From Felis catus (lineage: Eukaryota): a stretch of DNA of 64,000 nt. Location of the stretch: NCBI RefSeq assembly GCF_018350175.1, contig NC_058368.1:77502001-77566000 (forward strand), in the 5' to 3' direction. The position numbers and the translations under genes were made by a program. This document shows positions 12,598 to 25,350 of the stretch, in pieces. The notes under the pieces were generated by a model. That model had not been told where the DNA came from and ran no database searches. It saw only the letters and a program-made list of their open reading frames with translations. The number at the start of each line of letters is the position of its first letter. Positions within the stretch are counted from its first letter, which is position 1.

Positions 12598-13439
12598 CCA
12601 ACCCTACTTTTTAAATTAGTTCAAATTGGCCTTGAAAGTCCATTTCCTAGTTTACACTCCCAGCTCAGAAACATGTATAAACAGATCCTCAAAGACGGTC
12701 CTGTACGACCAGTGAATGATCCTTGATCAAAGACCTTGTGGCGCAAAGCAAGGACCTGGCCTTTCTCCTCCTCTTCCTTGTCGGCGCATTCCTGCAAGCA
12801 GCCTGGTGTCCTCGCTGGGGTGCCCACCAAGGCTGCTCAGGGCCAGAAGGACCCTTGCTGGGAAGGTCCTTCCGTCTTCCTCTTCCGTGTCCTGCTCCAG
12901 GTGAGTGCCCGGTAGGAGCTGTCAGGCTTTGACAGCAAGAAAGAATGAAAGAGAAATAGGGAGCGACAGCGAGATGCGTTTGGTACAAGGAGCTTTCTTT
13001 TTACTTAGTTTAGGGAATAAAGTTGGCATCATGTTTTTTTTGCCAGGGGTAAATTGCTTTTCTTTCATAATATTTGAGCAAGCTAGGATTGATATGTTTT
13101 GAATTAATTTACATTTATTTTAATTTATTGATCAACATTAATTAACGCACAATTCATAAATAATTCAAAGATAGAGCCGTGCGTGCATTTTTTGAGTCTC
13201 TGTGTTTATCTGAAGATCCCGTGTGCAGTAACGTGTGGTGGGAAAAGACCACAGTAAGGAGACCTGGCTTAGCGATTCTATCATTCTTTAGATATGAGAA
13301 GTATGTTACATAACCCCCCCCCCCGCCGAATCGTCTCCTAAAGAAATTGTATTTGGTGGACAGATGATCTCTCAACCGTATTCCAACTTTAGTGCTGTTA
13401 GCAAATAGACTAATATTCTTACCTGTCATCAATCATACC

Positions 13440-14400
13440 TGCAAGGAACATCTGGAATATCTCCAAGTTGTCCCTTCTCTCCAACACCACCACCAGCCTC
13501 AGGCAAGCCCCCTCCCTTCAGCTACCACTTAGATTCTGGCCCCAAAGCAATCCATCACGCAGGGAGCGTGACCCAAATTTCATCACTCTTTGCTTTCTTT
13601 TTTTTAAAAAAAATTTTTTAGTGTTTATTTTTTGAGAGAGAGAGAGAGAGAGAGAGTGCAAGTGGGGGAGGGGCAGAGAGAGAGACACACACAAAATCTG
13701 AAGCAGGCTCCAGGCTCCCAGCTGTCAGCACAGCGCCCAATGCGGGGCTCAAACTCACGAACCACGAGATCCTGATCCGAGCCAAAGTTGGATGGTCAAT
13801 CGACTGAGCCCCCCGGGCACCCCTCATCACTCCCTGCTTTCAAGCCTTTGCTACCTTCTTCCTTCTCAATGCATGGGCCGGTCACACCTGATGTCTCACC
13901 TCCAACACCTGGCGGTGACCTGACCACAGCTTAGTTCTGTGCCACTTTCTTGTGTCCCTCCCATGAGGTTGCCCTTTTGCTCTGTTTCTTCAAGCAGTCT
14001 AAGTTCTTTCTGCATCTTATGTGTTTTACGTACTGGAGTGCCATCTGGCCTGCCCCCCACCTCTTCCTTTTTCCCCTTCAGATCACTGTTTAAACTCCAT
14101 TTCCCCAGAGAGCACACCCTCAGACCCCTCGACTGACTTTAGCCCAGCACCCCATCCTCACCCCTGTCATGCCTCATCACAGCCCCGGCTGGTTTCCTCC
14201 ACGGCTCTTCTTACAATGCGAGCTGTTTATCTTCGTGTACTTGATGACCGCGTATCCACACCTCAACCCTGAGCCTACACGACTGAGGAATAAGTCTAAG
14301 ACCGTAACTGTCTTCATTTATTGCCCAGCACCAAACATAATGCTTGGAACGTGCTAGACATTCACTGAATATTTTTTCAAGAAATGGACAAATCAATGAA
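13440..14400 (-). mobile_element. Degraded L2, interrupted by a SINE
   Basis: L2 3'-type text such as ccagcaccaaacataatgcttggaacgtgctagacattcactgaatatt and pyrimidine-rich body. Confidence 0.6.
13597..13823 (-). mobile_element. CAN-SINE
   Basis: Typical structure; flanking tcatcactc repeated. Confidence 0.95.
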
Positions 14401-15179
14401 CCGTGCATCTGTATGGATAGAAAGAGCTAGAGAAAGCCCTTCAGATATTTAACGCTACCTCCTTCTCTAGTCCCCTTATTTCTTTTAAAGCTTAACTGTT
14501 ATTTCTTTTTCCTACAGGGTTGGATGAATAGCCAGGGCTCTACCTGCAAGCAGGGCTGATGGTCAGGGATCAGTAAACTGAAGGATATTCTCTGTTGTGG
14601 TTCCAGGAGGCAGCTGGAAGTGAGATAAAGAGATGCGATACCTCCATTTGATTCCCACGGTGTGGGTTCTATGAGCCATGCAATGTTGCCCAAGAAAAGC
14701 TGGGTGGTTGAAGGTAGTTCTCATTTATCCTCTCTCCTCCTTTCCCTCACGAATCCAATCACTGAGGAAAAATACTGGGCAAGGCAGCGCCGAAAGCTTT
14801 GGAAGTCACAGAAATCAGGCTAGCCTTGTGGACTATAGGAAAGTTGCCCTGTGTGTTGAACTCATCAATTAAAAGGCGTATCAAGGACTTTGCAACAATC
14901 TGTGCTATCATTCTGTGTCAAGATTGGCTGTAGAATTTTCCCTCAACAGGACATCATTTCAAATCCTGCAATAAATTACTCCGTTGTTCATATTGACTCT
15001 GTATAATGACACTGCAAAAACCTGGGCCAGAGCAATGCTATGATGTTGATAAAATAAATATTCATTGCTATAGTGATTTTGCTGGGGAAAAGATGCTTCT
15101 TGCAATATTCTGATGGTCCTGTATCCAAAGAAGCGCACCATCAACACAGTATGTGCTGACACTTTCAAGAGTTGTGTAT

Positions 15180-15269
15180 TCATGCCAAATCCACTATTCA
15201 TTTATTTAAATGCTGGACGAGCTTTATCATTGTGACCTAGCATCTCATCAGCATAGAGCCATTTTTCCT
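15180..15269 (-). other. Candidate minus-strand terminal exon (coding status unknown)
   Basis: Minus acceptor ttcacctttttttgtctttcag|AGG; short frames RKNGSMLMRC* or EKWLYADEMLGHNDKARPAFK*; minus AATAAA at 15206-15201. Confidence 0.25.
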
Positions 15270-16394
15270 CTGAAAGACAAAAAAAGGTGAATATGAACTT
15301 TGGTCTTACTCTGACTAACTTGCTTTTTCTTCGCGGGTAGGCGTGTTCATTCCGCTGAAACGGATCCTTCTCGTCAATGGTTAGACACTGCCAGTGTGTG
15401 GGGGAAGCTTTCGTGATCCAGTTTTTATACATGTCATTTCCCCCCTTCCGTGAGTCTGAACAGTCCGGTTTGCACAATTGATCCAAAGACCTCATGTCGT
15501 CTCGCTTCGCGGAGGAAATTAACGTCTCCCTGCGCCTCATACTATTGTGATGAAAATACCAAAGACAGTACATGGATAGTATATGGGAAGGCAATTACTA
15601 AATTATAAAACTATCTCCAAATGTAAGCTGTTGTTATAAAGTCCAAGGAAAGACATATTCAATCTTTGCTCACCAAAGAAATAACTGACTCCCAAGTCAG
15701 GACAGTTTAGTAGTAATTTTGTCCCGGAGTATATTCTTACTGTAAAATCAATCCTAAGAGGACCGTTTTAGTCATCTTACACACTGATGTGTTCATTTTG
15801 CTGATGTTCCCCTTTGCATCCTTTTTTTCCAGAAATGTTTTCCAAAAGAGACTGACATCATATCAAATAGAAGACACATAGTGTTTGCCTATCAACCATG
15901 TGGGAAGAAGTTATTTTTTCAATAGTTTTTCCAAAATAATCCCTTCTCCAAAATTGTAACATAAGGGAATTTTTTTCGGAGACCTTCAGCCATGATTAAG
16001 TCCCTCCCCCAACCCAGAAATACGTCACTTCGGGGGGGTGGGGGGGCGATTCCCAAAGTCACAGGTCTGTGCCCTCTGTGCGGATGCTACCCTTCTTGTG
16101 AAGCCACTCCTCATCCTGAATGGAGCACAGGCATTCCTTTCTGGGGGAGCAAATGCTGCCTCACCCTTGAACTCAGCTCATGTAGGGCAGAAGCTGGTGG
16201 CTTCTCCCCCCTCAGCTCTTCTGCGTTTGCTGCCCTTGAGTGTCCCTCCCTCCATGGCTTCTGTCTCATTGAGCACAAACGACAGCATCCCACTGTTCTG
16301 GAAGCCTGAGCATTTGCACACTGCATTTTTATAAATTCATATGTCTTCACATGGTATGGGATATTCTTTGTTTTTTTCTTTAGAAAATTGAGTC

Positions 16395-16623
16395 TTTTTT
16401 TTTTTTAATGTTTACTTATTTTTGAAGGAGAGACACAGAGCGCAAGCAGGGGAGGGGCAGAGAGAGAGGAAGACACAGCATCCGAAGCAGGCTCCAGGCT
16501 CTGAGCTGTCAGCACAGGGCCCGATGCGGGGCTTGAACTCATGAAACGCGAGATCATGACCTGAGCCGAAGTCAGATGCTTAACCGACTGAGCGCTGCCC
16601 CCCCCCCCCCCCGCAGGTGCCCC
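16395..16623 (-). mobile_element. CAN-SINE with poly-G expansion in its head
   Basis: Flanking repeat gtatgggatatt; C-run at about 16598-16612. Confidence 0.95.
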
Positions 16624-19044
16624 AGTATGGGATATTTTTTTTGCTGATTTTCTGGTGTAAGAATTCCTCACACAGCAACAAGGACGAAAATCACTGTCTT
16701 CACTCTTGAAGGCCCAGCTTCCCTGGCTTATCTTCAGTCTGTATCATAGGACTATTGTTTTTACATTATACATTAAGTTCTGATTTATTATATTTAACAA
16801 CCCTTTTTAAAAGAAACAAAGCAGGCAGAGTTAGAATCCTGCTTGCATGTCAAATACTGATGCTTGAAATCTTGTTAGAGAATGTAGAATATTTTTCATT
16901 CTTTCATCTTCTTTGTCTTTCGGAGATCAAATTGTTTTGTTTTTTTTTTTAAAACACTTGTTTTGTTTCTCAGAGCAGGGGTGAGAAGTCGCACAGAATT
17001 CCCCTGAGGTAAAAGGTATAACTTCCAAAAAGACTGTTCCACCATATTCATATATCTTGATGCCTCATGAGTACCTGGTGAAGACTGTAATATCTGATCA
17101 AAAAACATTTCCCTATTCAGATGGTTGTGCCAGCGTCTTTCGACACTAAAAATACAAAACCCAACAACTATTTAAACATAAGAAAATTATGGTTTACATT
17201 TGCTCTGAGAGAAAATGCTACTTTGGAGATTACTCTTTGTGATAAGTTACCAAACATCATGTTTACGCTTGGGTGTAAGGAAAGAAAAGAGAGTTTCATC
17301 TTTCGATAGTACTTCCCCAAATTATTATACACAACTAAGTAAATGATAACTTTCTGGATTGAAAAGCACATTTCTCTGACAGTTATCACGCACATTTATG
17401 ACAGTTTCCATTGGAGTACTTTTATTTTAGAATTCTAATGTTTCCATTATGAGACCTATCCATAAGGATTTACTTCTCCCTTGTAAAAATTTACTCAGCG
17501 CTGCAACTGAACATTTCGTAGCCAGGAAACACGTTCTTCTCACCCAATTTAATTTTTAATTAGTCTGGCCTTTTAATCTCCTTGGATTAACATGAAGGAG
17601 GAAAAGGAAACAGTTGGAAATGCTACAGTGAATCCAGATTAATGCTACCCAAAATCTACGGGTGGAGACACATAATGGTGAAATATTACAGAAGTCACTC
17701 CTAAGCGTGTGTCTCCTTTTTCTTCTTTGATATTGACAGGGGAAATTTTTAAGAATTAAGAATGAGTAGCCCATTTATCTTTCAATTTTATCTAGTGTCA
17801 TCCATTGAAATAAAACTCTTGGAAAGGCAGTGACAGACAAAATCTGTTTACTTGCATTATCTTGACAGACATGGGTAGTCAATGTTCTTCAGGATACGTA
17901 TACCCCAGAATGAATTTGATTTGCATAAGCAATCAAAAGCAATTGAGAAAAAGACAATACAATCTGATTATTTTAAGATAAATTCTAATATAAAAGCAAC
18001 TTGTAAAAATCCTTGGTGAAGAGATGTTTTAATATTAAGGCAGAAACAAAGAGATGAATATCATACACTCGGACCATAAGGTCCACATACAGTTGAATCA
18101 CACGTACTTGAAGGACTTTCTACTTCTCAAGAGAGACGTGGGGATATTTGTTATTTTGACTCAATTCAATGTAGCAAACAAAAGGTAATGATGATGGAAT
18201 GAGATCAAAATAGAAGAGGGGAAAACACAGATCTTAAATGAGTGAGGGATTCTGAACTCACAGGGGCGGAAACAAATAACAGAATTCCTCCATGGGCTCA
18301 ATCTGGCTGACTTCTGTAACAGAAACGTGCTGAATATAAATCAGTGCATCATTATGCAGTGTCTGAAGAGGTCACACCTGGACATTTTGCTCAAGTCTAG
18401 CACAAGGTTGCTTAGTGAGGAGGTGGAAAGGAATGGAAAAATGACTAACAATTATCAAACATTATGGAGGATACTCACATTGATGGGAGAACTTTAAGCA
18501 TGAAAAGGTACCCTGCTGAGTATCTTAACATTATTATTAATATTCCCACCACTTTGCCAAGGCAACAATGAATGGGTGAGGAAACTTATTTAGAAAGGTA
18601 AAGGTAAAAAGAGGGCAGGAAGGCAGAAGAATACGGCTCTTCACAAGGGAAGGGAAAGGAGACTGTCACAGAACAAAGGGACATGCATTAAGAGGAAGAA
18701 AGACCCAAGTATTCGGCAGAATCTGGAAAGCAATTCTACGCAAAACTTTTACCGTACAATACCCAGGTGCTCTCTGTTACAAGAATACCACACTTAACAT
18801 TCAGGCTACAACCTATCATTTCCTGCTGAGGTCTTGCTAGTTTAGTTATCCAACTGATTATGGCTTACTGTTAGGTATTAGAGACAACCACTGAAAGGAA
18901 TCTATTCACAAGCTTAAATTCTTGCAAAACTTTAGCAAGTCAAGACGTTCAAAATCCCCTGCAGCCTAAAGAAAGGCTAGCAGTAAAACGTAATAAAGTC
19001 TAACTTTTCTCTCTCTCTCTCTCTTTTTTTTTTTCTGGAGGTTC

Positions 19045-19250
19045 ATCATCCACTATGGTAGCCACTGGCCACATACAGCGTCTTAAATTTAACTTAATTA
19101 AAATTAAATAAAACTTAAAAGAAAGGTTTTTTTTTTTTTAAGTTGCACTAGCCATATTTCAAGTCCCTGAGAGCCACGTGTGTTCCCATTGGATAGCAGA
19201 GATAGGAACGTTTTCATCTTTGTGGAAAGTTCTAATGGACAAGTACTGTT
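19045..19250. mobile_element. MER3-like hAT-Charlie MITE
   Basis: atggtagccactggccacat...gttgcactagccatatttcaagt...gaaagttctaatggaca. Confidence 0.75.
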
Positions 19251-19409
19251 CTGGAGTTCAATGGGACATTTTGATAAAACTTAGAGTGTACAAAATCACT
19301 TACAGTCTTTTATGGATAGAGTGCAGAAATAGTTTCTAAGTGAATGTTCTTTACATTGATGAATGTGGATGAAGACGTTGCAACAAATACAAAAATTAAA
19401 AAAAAATCT

Positions 19410-19650
19410 GGGGGCACCTGGGTGGCTCAGTTGGTTAAGTGTCTGACTCTGGATTTCAATTCGGGTCATGATTCCACGGTTCATGAGTTCAAGCCGTGGA
19501 TTGGGCTCCATGCTGGCAGTGCAGAAGCTGCTTGGGATTCTCTCTGTCTCTCTTTCTCTGTCTGTCCCTCTCTCCAGCCCACTCACTCTTTCTCACTCTC
19601 TCAGAGTAAAGAAACTTAAAAAAATAAAAATAAATAATAAAAATAAAAGT
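19410..19650 (+). mobile_element. CAN-SINE
   Basis: ggggcacctgggtggctcagttgg head and A-rich tail. Confidence 0.95.
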
Positions 19651-20719
19651 AAAATATTTCTTTAAATATTGATTTAAGATGAGAAATGCAAAACACAGAA
19701 ACGTGCCTTGTTTATGTGAACATGTAAACGTATTTTTAAAGAAAAACACGTATTTTTTAAACATCAAAAACAGATTGTAAGTTGAAACACGTCAGAAAAC
19801 ATTTCAGAAAATTTCCCAATTCCAGAACTTGTATCATTTTGAGTCTTCAGTCTATTCAAAGTAAGATCACTACTGTTAATATCACCTGCACAAAATGACA
19901 GAAAATTACTCAGATTACTACCAGGGCAAAATTTATCTTTTGGGATTTCAACAACAAAGATATGATAGGGAGATAATTGTATTCTCAGTCACAGGTTTAT
20001 AGTTGGGTATTGTGATGATTTATGGCAAAGAAATCTAGATTCAATAGAGTTCATTGAGAATCTTATCTTCTTCTTGGGGAATAAATATAGAGGGATAAAA
20101 CAAAAAGGATGATCTGAAAAAAAAAGTCACATCGCAAATGATCTTTACAATTCAGACAAATAAAGCTGCCCAGGAGAGTGCTGGGGATTGAGTCCATTCC
20201 GATTAAGGCTCTTATTCTAATGGAACTACCAACTTTAGGGAGCTAACACCTGTTTAGTGAGTGACTGGAGCTGGAAAGCTTTGTGTCAAATGAGCTCAGA
20301 TATTCCAGACTCATCCTGAGCAGTAGTGACTCGTTCCGGCCAGCTTTTCATGGACCAATGGCTCTGCCCTCACACTCAGATTCAGAAGAGGTGAATATCC
20401 ACGTGAGGGTGTGGCCAAGACAGTCATTTTTATTCAGCCGTAGACACACGGTACTTTCAATGGACCCCGCACATCTCCTTACTTCCCTTTTCTTTCCAGT
20501 TCGTCTTCTCCTTCCCTCCCTTTTAGAATCTATCCTTTAAAGAACATATTGTTAATAAACCATGCTGTCCTTGACCTTTTGTCTAAACGTTTTGTTTCAT
20601 GCAAGTTTTGTTGACTTAATCACAACCTCTGATTTTTCACCTGGACCAATGAAACGTGTATCAGTCAATCACTTTACCAACATGCACTTGGTGTAAGGGG
20701 TGTTCTGACAGTTACAGAT

Positions 20720-20900
20720 CACTGGTTCTCAACTCCTGATGCTAATTGGCATCACTTAGGGGAGTTTTAAAATAGAAATAATGATTGGTCTCCTAATCAG
20801 GACAATTATAACCATTTCTCTGGGGGTTAGCTGGGATGCTGGTATTTTCTTCCACGCTCCCTAGTTAATACTACTGTGCAGTCAGGGTGCAGAAGTATGG
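20720..20900. mobile_element. MER5-like hAT-Charlie element
   Basis: cactggttctcaac...atcacttaggggagttttaaaat...tgtgcagtcagggtgcagaa. Confidence 0.6.
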
Positions 20901-21800
20901 ATGAAATTAATTCTTCACTATCATTTAGGGATCCTAAGTGTGAGTCACATGCATTGCTGGTTATATATCAGGAACAAAATCATCTATTTATTGAGGAGAT
21001 ACATTACCAAGAGAAAATACCACAGGAAAAGTATAATTACATAATTGAGATCAGCTAAAAACGATTTTCTATCGTTAACCAAACAAACAAAAAAAAGGTA
21101 TTGAGTGGGCTCATACCAGAAAAAAAAAATTCAAAATATGACCCTCAGCAATAGTAACAAGAATTTTCAAATACATTTTTTATTAAAAACAAAAAACAAA
21201 AAACGGGGAGCTGGGCACATCACACGGCCGAATTTGTTTTCCAATGATTGCGTCCATTTCAACCTCATGAGACAGAGCACGTTCAGAAAGAAGTCCAAGA
21301 AAATCATAATTCTGGCCTATCGGAGGAGAAGTCATAGAATTAGAGGGTAATATAAGACACAGTGGTCTTAGTTTAAAAAGACTCAGTTTAAAAAGACACA
21401 AAAATGGTAGAAGTGAAACAGAAAACTGCTCTGCAGACAGCGAGGCTTGGACCTACAGCCCTTCTTCCATGCAGACCAAGTGTCCTCAGAAGCCAGACAA
21501 GCACCTGTCTGATATACAGCCAATGGGGGTGGCCCCAGGACCCCTGCACAGGAGGAGGCTACAAACTTCAAAGAGAGCTGTAACTTGCAGGTAGGAGAGC
21601 CCTGGACTTTAATTATGGAACTGCCAAAGAAAGCAGGGTGTTGCCACAATGTCAGTTAAAGTATGTTGGAAGGCTAAGTTGATTTATTTGTGGCCTGCTA
21701 CCAAGAGAGACTTCTTCTTGCCACGTTTAATTGGGAGTTACATGCTTGGGTGTTGAAGGAAAAGTGACACTGTGTACGTCTATTAAAGAATGGTGTTTAC

Positions 21801-22017
21801 GGGCGCCTGGGTGGCTCAGTCGGTTATGCGTTTGACTTTGGCTCAGGTCATGATCTCGTGGTTCGTGAGTTTGAGTCCTGCGTCAGGCTCTGTGCTGACA
21901 GCTCATAGCCTGCTTGATATTCTCTCTCTCCCTCTCTGTCTCTGCCCCTCCCCTGCTCGTGTTCTCTCTGTCTCTGTCTCTCTCAAAATAAATAAACTTT
22001 AAAAATTTTTTTAAAAA
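21801..22017 (+). mobile_element. CAN-SINE
   Basis: Typical head and tail; flanking aaagaatg repeated. Confidence 0.95.
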
Positions 22018-22599
22018 AGAATGTTTGAAATGTGTAGGTTTTCATTTCCTGGAAATATCTTAATCCTATTCTCGTATGGCTTTTCAAAACCAGTACACAA
22101 AATTCTGAAAGGCAGATTTGAGCCAACTCATATTTGCTAAGACTTTGAAATGATGTCTTTTGCTCTCTTTTTGTACCAATCACTTCCCCCCTTCTTCCAT
22201 TCTTCTTTCTCTTATGCTTTCCGAGTTATGATCTCCATTTATCAAACGATAACCTTGTTTTTGCAACAATGAAGCACATCTACTTAGCAACAAGTTAGAC
22301 GCCCAGCAGGTTGTTCCTAATTTCATTTGCCCATAAATCAAAAGAGACACCGAATGACTGATAGCTAGCGCTTCTCCAGATGGCGGACGCACTTGGGACC
22401 GCTTTGCAGATGTTCCCATCTGCCCCGCAGGAGACGATCCACAGCAGCAGAAAGCCACCTTAGTCTGCCCCCCCTGCCCCCAGGAAGTTCTTCAACTCCA
22501 CACTGGGGGGAGGGAGGCCCCCACATCCTACCCCTTCTCAACTCAGAGTCCGTGTTGCCAGCACCTCTGAGGCTTGTTTACGTGCCGTCATCAGATCCT

Positions 22600-23110
22600 A
22601 TCATCCTAAAATACGAATTCCACAGCACAGCGTATACACCAACTGATGGAACACTACTAACTCCTTCGCATGACTCCTGCCAGTTTCTAGAACCCAACGC
22701 GTCACCCCCTGGATTACTTCTCTCCAGCCACACAGACCTTTGCACATCTTCCTAAGCCTATCAGTGTATTCCTGGACTTCGTACTTTTGAGCATACAATT
22801 CCTCCCACCTCATCATTTCCTCTCCAGGACCTTAGACGTCATCTGATATCCGCTCAAATGATGGCTCTCCAGAGAAGCCTTCCCTCTCGGTGTCCCACAC
22901 TGTCTCTGTATTCTTCACAGCAATGTCATGCGCCACCTTATTACACAGTCAGGTTTTTCTTTGTTAATTGTGTGTCTCTCCCACTAGAACATAAGCTTGA
23001 TGACGGCAAGGACTTTGTCTTGAACAAACTGCCGTCTGTATGCCCAGCGCCTCCAACAGTATGTGCGTACGATAGACGTTTAGTCAATACGCATGAAATG
23101 TGTTTATCTA
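22600..23110 (-). mobile_element. Degraded L2 3' part
   Basis: tctcccactagaacataagcttgatgacggcaaggactttgtct...tgcccagcgcctccaacagt. Confidence 0.65.
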
Positions 23111-24001
23111 AACTGTAAGCGCACAAGAGCTTGGGAAGAGTAAGATGAGTTAATAATCATTAAATGCCAACTTCAAGCAGGCAGAGCGTGGAGCACTTGA
23201 CAAATGTTGCGAGCATTTAAGGATCGCAACAGTCCTGTGAGGGAGATGTTGTTCTCATCTTTATAGAACAGAGGTCGAAAAGCATGAGCCTGTCAAGGGG
23301 CCACAGAGAGTAACAGCGTCAGGAACTGGAACTCCAGGTTGTTTCATCAGAAGTCACACCATTAGTCTCCCACAACACTGAAAAGCCTCCCGTGAGAGAT
23401 AAAGACCTACACTGGGTGTTGAACGTTAAGTAGAAATTGGACATTTTCTGGATGCGCTGGAGGAGAGCCGTCCGCATTACAAGATCAAGATGGGGATCAA
23501 TAGAAGGCAGCAAAGTCGGAGAAAAGGCTTAGCAAAAGTTTCTAATGCACAGCCAAAACTTTGTTATTGTAGCAAGGAACTGTGATCTCTGTAGTCGCTA
23601 CTCCCTTTTGTTAAAGACCTGTCCTAAAGTAGGCATGCACGTGCTGTAAGCAATGACGACATAGCCTGCTTACTGAGATTTGTCCTTTTACATCCTAGTC
23701 ATCACTGACCGAACTTTAAAAAATTCTTATTGCTGATTTCACCTCCCCAATGTGCCTAGAAATTGTGAAAAATTATATTTCAATCTCGTATAATTCAACC
23801 AAGCAAATACTTGCTAGTCGTTATTAGCCTGTTGGCTGATAGCCCCAAAATATCCCGTTTAATTATACTAACTCTAGAAAAAAAAAACAGTAGTAGTTAA
23901 TACATACCATTGGACCTATGGCAATATATTTACTTAATCTTTTCTAAGTTACTTTACTAGTTTATCTGTAGCACTGTATGTTTTTAAAAGTCTAGGACTG
24001 T

Positions 24002-24208
24002 GGGGCCCCTGGGTGGCTTAGTCGGTTAAGTGTCTGACTTCAGCTCAGGTCATGATCTCACAGTTTGTGAGTTCGAGCCCCGTGTAGGTCTCTCTGCTGA
24101 CAGCTCAGAGCCTGGAGCCTGCTTCGGATTCTGTGTCTCCCTCTCTCTGCCCCTCCCCTGCTCACACTCTGTTTCTCTCTCTCTCAAAAGTAAATAAACA
24201 TAAAAAAA
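24002..24208 (+). mobile_element. CAN-SINE
   Basis: Typical head, (CT)n and tail. Confidence 0.95.
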
Positions 24209-24916
24209 TTAGAGTATGGGTCAGCATTCAACTTCTCTGCAGCTGGGGCGAGTGCTGTTGCAAATAAAGATTCTACCTCGCTCTCTGAGCAACAGAGTAA
24301 TACTCACAGCCTCACTGAGTCATTGGCTGACATCCTTCCGAGGTCTGAGAAAGGCACAAATGATCAATTCTATTTTATCGATACAGAGATTCAACTGCTA
24401 TATAAACATTTGGGAGGACAAACCCAAAATTGACAATAATTAACAGTTTCCAAGTTCTTAATATGTGTTAAGCTCAAACATGATAGAGCATCTGCTTTAA
24501 TGCTTACAAAAACCTGCAGCGTTGTTACTGCTGTTTTCCCCATTTTATAATGGGAAGTAATCTGGGTCATTTCTTGGGTGATGCGTGTCTAGCAAGTGGC
24601 TGACCCAAGATTTAACCTCCGTGTGTCTGCCTCTTAATCACTTTTCTTTATTGCCTTCAAATAAAAGGTAGAATCTTACCAACTGATCAACACATTTACA
24701 GGCCTCTTAATATACGAAGATCTTTCGATATGTTAAGAAATCTGAGAAACCAGATCTTGGCCCTGGCCATAATAACAACATTATTTGACGCTCTATGTTC
24801 AGTGTCAAAATAATAGTTTGTGGAACCAGTTCATACTGGCCCAGGAAATCCCACTGTTAAGTTTCCAGGGCTTTTGAAAACTAGTTCGTAAGAACAGACA
24901 TTTTTAAAAATTTTTA

Positions 24917-25130
24917 GGGGCGCCTGGGTGGCTCAGTGGGCTGAGCATCCAACTTGGGCTCAGGTCATGATCTCACGGTTCATGGGTTCGAGCCCCGCAT
25001 CGGGCTCTGTGCTGACAGCTCAGAGCCTGGAGCCTGCTTCGGATTCTGTGTCTCCCTCTCTCTCTGCCCCTCTCCTGCTCATGCTCTGTCTTTCTCTGTC
25101 TCTCAAATAATAAAATAAAACATTAAAAAA
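24917..25130 (+). mobile_element. CAN-SINE nested in the tail of an opposite-strand SINE
   Basis: Flanked by tttttaaaaattttta and tttttacaattttta. Confidence 0.95.
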
Positions 25131-25134
25131 CATT

Positions 25135-25350
25135 TTTACAATTTTTATATGTTTTTTGAGAGACAGAGAGGGAGAGAGTGTGTGTGTGAGTGGGGAGGGG
25201 CAGAGAGAGAGGGAGACACAAAATCCAAAGCAGGCTCCAGGCTCCGAGCTGTCAGCACAGGGCCCGATGCAGGGCTCAAACTCATGAACTGCGAGATCAT
25301 GAGCTGAGCCCAAGTTGGATGCTTAACCGACTGAGCCACCCAGGCGCCCC
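25135..25350 (-). mobile_element. CAN-SINE
   Basis: TSD aagaacagacatt at 24890 and 25351 encloses both SINEs. Confidence 0.95.

Larger units (their letters stand above)
12690..15060 (+). ncRNA. Candidate spliced lncRNA (5' end unknown; donor after 12900, acceptor before 14518)
   Basis: CAG|gtgagt at 12900/12901; cttaac branch plus atttctttttcctacag|G at 14517/14518; AATAAA at 14970 and 15053; no long ORF across the junction. Confidence 0.35.

Noticed and set aside
12723..12932. ORF with a signal-peptide-like stretch (LAFLLLFLVGAFLQAAWC)
   Set aside because: It starts at TTG with an in-frame TGA just upstream and has no ATG. It also terminates within a few codons after the putative splice to 14518.
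14959..15594. Two abutting minus-strand ORFs (130 aa and 80 aa) suggesting a disrupted gene
   Set aside because: No recognisable domain or family resemblance. A TBLASTN search would be needed to revive it.
17800..18520. Faint CR1/L3-like text
   Set aside because: Too diverged to call by eye; it needs a Dfam HMM search.
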